Origin: an uncultured Alphaproteobacteria bacterium
GTDB lineage: Bacteria > Pseudomonadota > Alphaproteobacteria > RF32 > CAG-239
Length of the DNA: 35,583 nucleotides
NCBI GenBank assembly: GCA_900551585.1
Contig: URWU01000001.1
Coordinates: forward strand, 1 to 35,583
Direction of reading: 5' to 3'
The position numbers and the translations under genes were made by a program. Below, piece after piece: positions 27,195 through 34,065 of this stretch. Under the pieces are notes generated by a model that was not told the DNA's origin, did no database searches, and was given only the letters and a program-made list of their open reading frames with translations. How positions within the stretch are numbered: the stretch's first letter is position 1; each line of letters begins with the position of its first letter.

Positions 27195-28343
27195 CTATTT
27201 TTTACTGCTGTTGCGTTTTTGGCGGGCAGCCAAGCCGTCATCAATATATTTTTTGATATTCGGACCGAAAGTTTGATGAATATAAACCGTCAATTCACTG
27301 GGCTTTTCAACATAAGCTTCCGCTTCGGTCTGAGCCTGCAGCAATTCTTCAATCTTCAAATTCTTTTCAAGAACATTACGGCGGTTGTCAGCGTCATCGG
27401 CACCGCGGACAGAAGCAACGTTAAACAGAATGTGCGCCTTATAAATGTTGCGGGGATATTTCTGACCGATTGCCAGAATATTACCGAGTTCCATCATGGC
27501 GTCAATATTGCCCTGAGCCATTGCTTTGTTCAATGCCTTGACCGCATTACCGTAGTTTTGCGGAGTTCCCCAGCCATTCATATACATCAGAGACAAAATG
27601 AACTGTGCGTCATCATAACCGGCATTGGCTGATTTTCTGATTAAATCAAAAGCATGGCGGAAATCTTTTTCAACAATATAGCCGCGGAAATAAGCATAAC
27701 CGAGCATAAAATTGGCGGTCGGATTATCACTCTCGGCGGCTTTTTCAAATAAATGTATCGCCTCTTCGGGATTTTGGACAATTCCCTGTCCCGAAAGATA
27801 AATAAAAGCCAGATTGACCATGGCTTCAACATTGCCGAGCTCGGCGGCTGCGGCAAACATTTTTGCGGCCATCAGCGGATTGCGCGGCGTGCCGATACCG
27901 CTGTAATATAAACTGCCGAGGTTGTTGATTGCGACATTGTCTTTGCGTTCTGCCGCCATTTTATAATAGTCAAAAGCTTTTTTGTGGTCGACAGAAACAC
28001 CGTCTTCACCATAGAGATACATATAGCCCAAAGTCAGCTGCGAATTGACGTCGCCCTCTGCGGCGGTTCGGGTCAGTTTTTGTAAAACCGTTTCGGTTGA
28101 GCCGGGCTCCACGGTTACTTCCGTTTTTTTCTTATCGCCCCAAAAATTGAGAAAAGAGAAAATGCCTTTATCTTCTTTTTTTGCAGCAACATCCGCTTTG
28201 TCTTCCGTTTCTTTTTTTTCTTCCTCTTTGGATGCCGGCGCCGCCAAAACTAAATCACCATCTAGTGACAAAACGGCTTCCTGAGCCTGAGCTAAAGATG
28301 TGGAAGCAAGCAGACTGAATAAAAACAAAGATAAGCGACGCAT
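27195..28343 (-). CDS. secreted Sel1-like repeat (SLR/TPR-like) protein
   Basis: ATG at 28343 gives MRRLSLFLFSLLASTSLAQAQE, a signal peptide with AQA cleavage. An acidic/Lys-rich linker follows, then about 7 repeats of the Sel1 pattern (A..L G.MY..G.GV..D...A..YY..AA). The GGAG SD overlaps the stop codon of the upstream gene. Confidence 0.85.
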   Translation of the reverse strand: MRRLSLFLFSLLASTSLAQAQEAVLSLDGDLVLAAPASKEEEKKETEDKADVAAKKEDKGIFSFLNFWGDKKKTEVTVEPGSTETVLQKLTRTAAEGDVNSQLTLGYMYLYGEDGVSVDHKKAFDYYKMAAERKDNVAINNLGSLYYSGIGTPRNPLMAAKMFAAAAELGNVEAMVNLAFIYLSGQGIVQNPEEAIHLFEKAAESDNPTANFMLGYAYFRGYIVEKDFRHAFDLIRKSANAGYDDAQFILSLMYMNGWGTPQNYGNAVKALNKAMAQGNIDAMMELGNILAIGQKYPRNIYKAHILFNVASVRGADDADNRRNVLEKNLKIEELLQAQTEAEAYVEKPSELTVYIHQTFGPNIKKYIDDGLAARQKRNSSKK

Positions 28344-28351
28344 TTTAACTC

Positions 28352-30184
28352 CTAACGAGTACAACCCTGAAACTTTCCCCAAGCTCTTTTGGCATTGTGC
28401 TTTTGAGCCTGACGTTGTTTATTATGATAATTTCTGCGGTTTTTATCAAGTGTTTTGTAAATATTTTTCTTTGACGGCCTATAACCGCCTTCCATCCGGC
28501 TCAAAACCTCTAATTCATCTCGGGTCGGAACATTGGTGTCAAGCGGCCGCTCATTCCAGGCATCTTGAGCAAAATGTTCTTTATTGGTCGAATGTTCCAG
28601 CGGCATGGCAAAGAAATGCGCTTCGCTGCCGGTAATGCGGCCATTATATTTTTCCATAATAAACGGGCTGTACCGCTCGGCGAAATCCTGAATCTGGTCA
28701 GAGGTGACCAACAGGCCGAGAGACTTTAACTCATCATCGGTCACATTGAATGCCTGACTCATATCAAAAGCCTTAAACGGGCGATACATAAAGTTTTTGC
28801 TAATGAAGTCAGCTACACCGCTGAAAATTTTTTCATTCTTGCGCGTTTGGCAGCTGTAAACTTCAGAATCAAACTTTTTGTCATTGGCCAGTTTGGCATC
28901 TTCAATACGGAAAGCCTTGTCCAAAACCTGCAGATTGTAGGCACGGATAGCTTCTTTGTTACGCTTTTGAATGGCCAGCTGCAATTTGAAAATATTCATT
29001 TTGGCAATCAGGCGATCGGCCGTTCCTTTGAAGCGTTTGAGATTTTCTTCCCAAAAGCGCAGCCCTTTTTTAGCGGTATGCTTAGATGTAATCAGCAAAA
29101 CATTATCATTGCGGCTTTCGGCATTTTCCTCGCCGGCATAAATCGCGTGCGTATCAATATCGCCCTCATAAAGCTTGGTGATTTTAATCTGGGTTTCAAC
29201 TTTGAAAGAATTGCCGTTGACCTTCATATTCAGATAAGCGCGTTTTTCACGGTAGTTTTTCTGATTATAAATTTTGCTGTCGCTGATATTTCCGTAAAAG
29301 CTGTCTTTAATCTCGGCAATGCTGACATTATACTGGCTGTCGTTTTTGAACATCTCAAGCGTTTCGACCGTATCCGTATAATATTTACGGGTAATCGTCA
29401 TACGGACCATATCTTTTAAGCGCTCATAAGGTTTCGGAAGCGCCGCAATTTCCTGCCGGACAGAAGCTTCTTCCGCAGCCAGGGCTTTGCGATACGCCCC
29501 GGTGTTTTCACCATATTTCAAGCGCAGGTCAGCTGTGTGTTTGAGGCGGATTTTAGCAGCATCATCACTATATTGTTTATAATATTTGCCGCCCTCTGAG
29601 ATAACTTTGCCGTTTTTATCCATTACCGGCATTTTGATTTTATCAATCGCACGGCGGATATTTTTCAATCCCGGCAAAATGACATAAACCGGATTATCGC
29701 GGAAATCATAAAAAGTCAGCCGCATATTGGTGAAAGGGGTAATATGTTTGGCGCGATATTCTTTATATTTTGACATATTATTATGGAAACCGCCAACCAT
29801 TTGGTTTTCTTCGACAATACCGGTATCCAAGTCTATCGCGTTAATCTCGTCCGGTGCCGGTTCTTCACCCAGCTCGGCAAGACGTTTTATCTTGTGCGGA
29901 CGATATTCTTTTAACAGCGTCGCGGTAATGTTTTTATATAATGTGCGGTAAGTTTCCATAGCATCGCCGTAGATTCCGCGCAGATAATCGGCGGCTTCCC
30001 GGTCAATCAATTTATTTTCTAAGGCTCTGTCAATATAGTTGAGGCTATATTCATTGAAGATATTCTGGATATTATCAATTTGTTCCGCTGTAAAATGCTC
30101 GATATCAGCAGCGGTGATTTTAATGTCTTCATCTTTGGCCAGAGCGGCTTTGACTCTGGATACTAATTCTTCGTATTCAGCCAT
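28352..30184 (-). CDS. hypothetical 610-aa protein with a possible RelA/SpoT-like nucleotidyltransferase core (tentative)
   Basis: Long clean ORF with no signal peptide or TM segment. Residues 213-349 carry RLKHTADLRLK ... DMVRMTIT ... NYREKRAYLNMKV ... FKVETQIKITKLYEGDIDTHAIY. This order and spacing is reminiscent of the RSH synthetase motifs (RxKxxxSxxxK ... GYRSxH ... ExQIRT-x10-H-xx-Y). The gene has its own promoter and is coupled to the Sel1 gene. Confidence 0.75.
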   Translation of the reverse strand: MAEYEELVSRVKAALAKDEDIKITAADIEHFTAEQIDNIQNIFNEYSLNYIDRALENKLIDREAADYLRGIYGDAMETYRTLYKNITATLLKEYRPHKIKRLAELGEEPAPDEINAIDLDTGIVEENQMVGGFHNNMSKYKEYRAKHITPFTNMRLTFYDFRDNPVYVILPGLKNIRRAIDKIKMPVMDKNGKVISEGGKYYKQYSDDAAKIRLKHTADLRLKYGENTGAYRKALAAEEASVRQEIAALPKPYERLKDMVRMTITRKYYTDTVETLEMFKNDSQYNVSIAEIKDSFYGNISDSKIYNQKNYREKRAYLNMKVNGNSFKVETQIKITKLYEGDIDTHAIYAGEENAESRNDNVLLITSKHTAKKGLRFWEENLKRFKGTADRLIAKMNIFKLQLAIQKRNKEAIRAYNLQVLDKAFRIEDAKLANDKKFDSEVYSCQTRKNEKIFSGVADFISKNFMYRPFKAFDMSQAFNVTDDELKSLGLLVTSDQIQDFAERYSPFIMEKYNGRITGSEAHFFAMPLEHSTNKEHFAQDAWNERPLDTNVPTRDELEVLSRMEGGYRPSKKNIYKTLDKNRRNYHNKQRQAQKHNAKRAWGKFQGCTR

Positions 30185-30221
30185 GGCTAACTCACTATTA
30201 TTTTGTCTATTCCAGCTAATT

Positions 30222-30249
30222 ATTATAGCTTAGATTCTTTTTTATGCAA
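30222..30249 (-). promoter_or_regulatory. sigma70-like promoter TTGCAT-N16-TATAAT for the 610-aa/Sel1 operon
   Basis: The minus strand reads TTGCAT (30249-30244), a 16-nt spacer, and TATAAT (30227-30222), about 38 nt upstream of the ATG at 30184. Confidence 0.5.
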
Positions 30250-30342
30250 CAGAAAATCTGATACCGGCGGTCAATTTTTCTGTCAAAAATGACTAATAAA
30301 CCAGAAATAATAAGAAAATCGGCTTTTACAAGAAGCAAACAT

Positions 30343-30374
30343 AAAAAAACTCCCGGCTTGGCAGCAGCCGGGAG
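30343..30374 (-). terminator. rho-independent terminator after flagellin 1
   Basis: CTCCCGGCT / AGCCGGGAG stem. The A7 run on the plus strand is a T7 run after the hairpin on the minus strand. Confidence 0.78.
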
Positions 30375-30399
30375 TATAAGTATCGGAGCAGTAACTGTC

Positions 30400-31803
30400 C
30401 TAGAATAGTTTCAAAACAGACTGAGCAGCCTGAGAAGCCAAACTCAAAGAGTTAATAGCCAATTGCTGTCTGGTCTGCAGAGCCAACATGTTTGCGGACT
30501 CTTCGTTCATATCGGCCAAGGTCAGTTTGTCAGCGCCTTCGGTCAATACGTTAATCAGGTTATCGGTAAATTCTTCACGGCTTTGAACAACCGAGTAGTT
30601 GTTACCGAAGTCAGATGCCATGGTACGCAGTTTGGAAACGGCGCCTTCAATATCGCTGATTGAGGTTTCGATATTGCTGTCTTTTTGCCAATCATTCTGA
30701 GCCTGAGAGATACCCAGACCTTTAGAAGAAGCATCAACACCGGTGATTTCAATCATTGAAGAACGGTCTTCGTTGAAGATGACTTTCAGGTCATTTTCCT
30801 GCAACAGGTTAATACCTTTATAGCCGGCATCATTTGCCAACTGGTCAATCTGATCCAGAATTTCGTTAAATTGTTTTGCATAACTCTTACGTTCTGCGGT
30901 AGGTGCTGTTGCGTCGCCGGCTTTGCGTGTTCCACCGAGACCCAAATCTTTCAGAGCATTTTGGTTAGCATTGGTACTGTCGGCAAAAATACGGAATTCT
31001 TTTCCGGTTGCGGTAACAGACAAAGCTTTACCATCTGCAGCGGCTTTAACTCCTAAATCGGTTTCAGCAGCGGCATTAATAGCAGAAGCAATGGTTGCGG
31101 AGTTAGCACCTTTAGCTGCATCTAAAGTTACAACTTTGGCGGCCTCTGTTGCAGTGGCAATACCATTGGTTGCATCGTTGACATAAGAGACAGCGGAACC
31201 GTCAGTTGTTGAAACGGTGATTGTTGCGCCGGTTGCGTCAGCTTTGGCATTCAAACCCATACCCTGCAACTGATTAATGGCATCATTGGCAACTGCTTTT
31301 TCGTCAGCGGCACCAGCAGCCAGAGTAATTTCCTTTTGGGTTCCGTCTGCTAAATAAATTGTGAATTTTTTGCCTTTGTCAGCAGCCACAAAAGTCATAT
31401 CAAATGTGCTTAAATCATCACGGGCATCAACGATGATATCGCCGGTTACCGGAGTTTTTACTTCATTTGAAGTAATTGCATATTTATCAAAGTTACCGGA
31501 AACATCGCGTGCGGAGTTTGCAATAGCTTTGGCCTGCTCGGCAAAAGAGGTAATTGTTTTAATCGCTTCGTCAGCCGCCTTAATGGTTTGAATACCCTGA
31601 CCCATGCTATCCAGCAAAGAGCTAAGGTCATTCGCGCGGTTGTTTAACGATTGTGCGGTATAATAGGAAGAAGGGTTATCGATAGCCGAGTTAACCTTCT
31701 TTCCGGTGGAGAGGCGTTCTTGCGTCATGTCCATCAGACTCTGAGTGGACTGTAACGATAACAAGTTCGAACGCATGCTCGCTGTAAGTGAAATATCTGC
31801 CAT
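30400..31803 (-). CDS. fliC: flagellin (paralogue 1, 467 aa)
   Basis: MADISLTASMRSNLLSLQSTQSLMDMTQERLSTGKKVNSAIDNPSSYYTAQSLNNRANDL N-domain and ...TEGADKLTLADMNEESANMLALQTRQQLAINSLSLASQAAQSVLKLF C-domain. ATG at 31803 has GGAG upstream. The track start 31815 is a TTG over-extension. Confidence 0.92.
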   Translation of the reverse strand: MADISLTASMRSNLLSLQSTQSLMDMTQERLSTGKKVNSAIDNPSSYYTAQSLNNRANDLSSLLDSMGQGIQTIKAADEAIKTITSFAEQAKAIANSARDVSGNFDKYAITSNEVKTPVTGDIIVDARDDLSTFDMTFVAADKGKKFTIYLADGTQKEITLAAGAADEKAVANDAINQLQGMGLNAKADATGATITVSTTDGSAVSYVNDATNGIATATEAAKVVTLDAAKGANSATIASAINAAAETDLGVKAAADGKALSVTATGKEFRIFADSTNANQNALKDLGLGGTRKAGDATAPTAERKSYAKQFNEILDQIDQLANDAGYKGINLLQENDLKVIFNEDRSSMIEITGVDASSKGLGISQAQNDWQKDSNIETSISDIEGAVSKLRTMASDFGNNYSVVQSREEFTDNLINVLTEGADKLTLADMNEESANMLALQTRQQLAINSLSLASQAAQSVLKLF

Positions 31804-31869
31804 TTTTTTCTCCAATACTTTGGAATATTATCTTGCTGTCGTTGTACTGACGCAGCAAGTCGTTGTACA

Positions 31870-31897
31870 AAATCCGACACCCTTTTGAGTGCCTTTA
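31870..31897 (-). promoter_or_regulatory. conserved upstream motif TAAAGGCA-N11-GTCGGATTT (candidate flagellin promoter, sigma28-like at best)
   Basis: Shared with the region upstream of flagellin 2 (AAAAGGCA-N10-GCCGGATTT), and partly with flagellin 3 (GCCGGACTT at the window edge). Resembles, but does not match, TAAA-N15-GCCGATAA. Confidence 0.3.
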
Positions 31898-32107
31898 ACT
31901 ATTTTTAATACCATATCAGTAAATAAATAGTTAACTGCAAAAATAAGTTTTTCAACGAGTCGCAAACTGTTTATCTGCCTGCTTGTCTGACTGAAATACT
32001 CTCTGCATAAAATTATTATAGACGCTAATATATTAAAATTTTGATAATGAGAAATATTGTTGAATGAAAAACGGCAAATTTTACCGGAACTGACTAATGA
32101 TAATTAA

Positions 32108-32140
32108 GCTGAGATGTTTCGACAAGCTCAACATGACAAT
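32108..32140. repeat. degenerate copy of the REP-like element
   Basis: GCTGAGATGTTTCGACAAGCTCAACATGACAAT, compared with GCTGAGATCCTTCGACTACGCTCAGGATGACAAA at 15969-16002. The ATCCT/AGGAT stem is replaced by ATGTT/AACAT. Confidence 0.6.
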
Positions 32141-32222
32141 GTTGCTATATTGTTTGACTGGTTTCTTCACGAAGCACTGCGTATCCGTTCAGAATAACGT
32201 GTGTGGCTGTATGGACTATAAG

Positions 32223-32256
32223 GCTGAGATCCTTCGGCTTCGCTCAGGATGACAAT
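32223..32256. repeat. copy of the REP-like element
   Basis: GCTGAGATCCTTCGGCTTCGCTCAGGATGACAAT, differing from the 16-kb copies only in the loop and the last base. Confidence 0.8.
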
Positions 32257-32320
32257 AAAATGCTCAGGATGACAATAAAGTACTCAAGGGGACAATAAAA
32301 ATATTCAGGGCGGCATACAT
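32241..32320. repeat. 20-bp tandem repeat (about 4 units, progressively degenerate) derived from the 3' half of the REP-like element
   Basis: Units CGCTCAGGATGACAATAAAA / TGCTCAGGATGACAATAAAG / TACTCAAGGGGACAATAAAA / ATATTCAGGGCGGCATACAT, in exact 20-nt register. Confidence 0.7.
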
Positions 32321-32323
32321 AAT

Positions 32324-32351
32324 AAAAAAGCTCCCGGGAAAACCCGGGAGC
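32324..32351 (-). terminator. rho-independent terminator after flagellin 2
   Basis: GCTCCCGGG / CCCGGGAGC perfect stem with an AAAA loop. The A6 run on the plus strand is a T6 run on the minus strand. Confidence 0.8.
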
Positions 32352-32376
32352 CTGATATTCAATCGTTGATTAGCGA

Positions 32377-33765
32377 TTAGAACAGTTTCAAAACAGACTG
32401 AGCAGCCTGAGAAGCCAAACTCAAAGAGTTAATAGCCAGTTGCTGTCTGGTTTGCAGAGCCAGCATGTTTGCGGACTCTTCGTTCATATCGGCCAAGGTC
32501 AGCTTATCGGCGCCCTCGGTCAAAACGTTAATCAGGTTATCAGTAAATTCTTCACGGCTCTGAACAACTGAGTAGTTGTTACCGAAGTCGGAAGCCATTG
32601 TACGCAGTTTGGAAACAGCGCCTTCAATTCCGGAAATTGCGGATTCAATGTTGCTGTCTTTCTGCCAATCATTCTGAGCCTGAGAGATACCCAAGCCTTT
32701 TGCAGAAGCGTCAACACCTTTAATTTCAATCATTGAAGAGCGGTCTTCGTTGAAGATTACTTTCAAGTCATTTTCCTGCAGCAGGTTAATACCTTTATAA
32801 CCGGCGTCTTGAGCCAAGGCGTCAATCTGAGACAGGATTTCGTTGAATTGTTTTGCATAACTTTTACGCTCTGCCGTCACGGCTGAAGCGTCACCTGCTT
32901 TACGGCTGCCTTCAATACCTAAAGATTTCAGAGCAGCTGCATTCGCATTGGTTCCGTCACTAAAGACGCGGAACTCAAGATCTGTTGCCGTGACTGAAAA
33001 AGCTTTACCGTCGGCAGTTGCCGTCAAACCGGTAACACCGGCTGCATTGATAGCAGCGCTGATTGTTGCCGAGTTGGCACCTTTAGCTGCATCTAAAGTA
33101 ACAACTTTGGCTGCCTGGGTTGCGGTAGCAAGGCCGGCAGTTGCATCGTTAACATAAGAAACAGCCGAGCCGTCAGTGGTGGATACGGTAATTTTACCGG
33201 CTCCGTCGCCTTTGGCATTCAAGCCCATGCCCTGCAACTGGGTAATTGCACTAGCTTCAACCTCAGCAGCGTTTGTACCGGCAAGAGTAATTTCTTTGCT
33301 GGTACCATCAGCCATATAAACAGTAAATTTTTTGTCTTTATCGCCAGCAACAACATCCATTTCGAATGTACTCAAATCTTTACGAGCATCAACGATAAAG
33401 CTGCCAGTAACCGGATCGGTGATCTCATTAGATGTAATTGCGTACTTGTCATAGTTACCGGAAACATCACGTGCGGAGTTTGCGATAGCTTTGGCTTGTT
33501 CTGCAAAAGAGGTGATTGTTTTAATCGCTTCATCGGCCGCTTTAATAGTCTGAATGCCCTGGCCCATGCTGTCAAGCAATTGGCTTAAGTCATTCGCGCG
33601 GTTGTTTAATGATTGAGCGGTGTAATAGGAAGAAGGGTTGTCGATAGCCGAGTTAACCTTTTTTCCGGTGGAGAGACGCTCTTGTGTCATATCCATCAAA
33701 CTTTGAGTTGATTGTAAAGACAACAGGTTTGAGCGCATGCTCGCTGTAAGTGATATATCTGCCAT
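32377..33765 (-). CDS. fliC: flagellin (paralogue 2, 462 aa)
   Basis: Same N- and C-terminal domains as paralogue 1, with a divergent central ~190 aa. SD GGAG upstream. Confidence 0.93.
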   Translation of the reverse strand: MADISLTASMRSNLLSLQSTQSLMDMTQERLSTGKKVNSAIDNPSSYYTAQSLNNRANDLSQLLDSMGQGIQTIKAADEAIKTITSFAEQAKAIANSARDVSGNYDKYAITSNEITDPVTGSFIVDARKDLSTFEMDVVAGDKDKKFTVYMADGTSKEITLAGTNAAEVEASAITQLQGMGLNAKGDGAGKITVSTTDGSAVSYVNDATAGLATATQAAKVVTLDAAKGANSATISAAINAAGVTGLTATADGKAFSVTATDLEFRVFSDGTNANAAALKSLGIEGSRKAGDASAVTAERKSYAKQFNEILSQIDALAQDAGYKGINLLQENDLKVIFNEDRSSMIEIKGVDASAKGLGISQAQNDWQKDSNIESAISGIEGAVSKLRTMASDFGNNYSVVQSREEFTDNLINVLTEGADKLTLADMNEESANMLALQTRQQLAINSLSLASQAAQSVLKLF

Positions 33766-33838
33766 TTTCTTTCTCCAATACTTTGGAACACATTAACTTG
33801 TGAATGTTCTACTAACATTACAAGTTTTATATTAACAC

Positions 33839-33870
33839 AAATCCGGCACCTAATCAATGCCTTTTTTAAA
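33839..33870 (-). promoter_or_regulatory. conserved upstream motif AAAAGGCA-N10-GCCGGATTT (candidate flagellin promoter)
   Basis: Same motif pair as upstream of flagellin 1, at a similar distance (about 70-75 nt) from the ATG. Confidence 0.3.
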
Positions 33871-34019
33871 GATAAAATTCCCTTTACAAATCTATTTAAG
33901 CCTTAAGCATTGATTTTACAGCATTTACTATACTAAAGTCTTATATAAATTCGTTTACCCATATATCTATTGTCTATCTTATAAGATAAAGTGTTAATTT
34001 TTTGATAACAAAAAAAGCT

Positions 34020-34052
34020 CCCGGACAAAGTATTCCGGGAGCTGTAAGAGAA
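34020..34052 (-). terminator. rho-independent terminator after flagellin 3
   Basis: GCTCCCGGA / TCCGGGAGC stem. The A7 run on the plus strand is a T7 run on the minus strand. Confidence 0.8.
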
Positions 34053-34065
34053 AGAAAATTTGTTC

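Noticed and set aside
31870-31900. sigma54 promoter upstream of the flagellin genes (AGGCAC...)
   Set aside because: A GGCAC-like -24 element is present, but no GC dinucleotide sits at the required -12 spacing. The sequences are AGGCAC-TCAAA-AGGG in flagellin 1 and AGGCAT-TGATT-AGGT in flagellin 2, unlike the exact match upstream of flgE.
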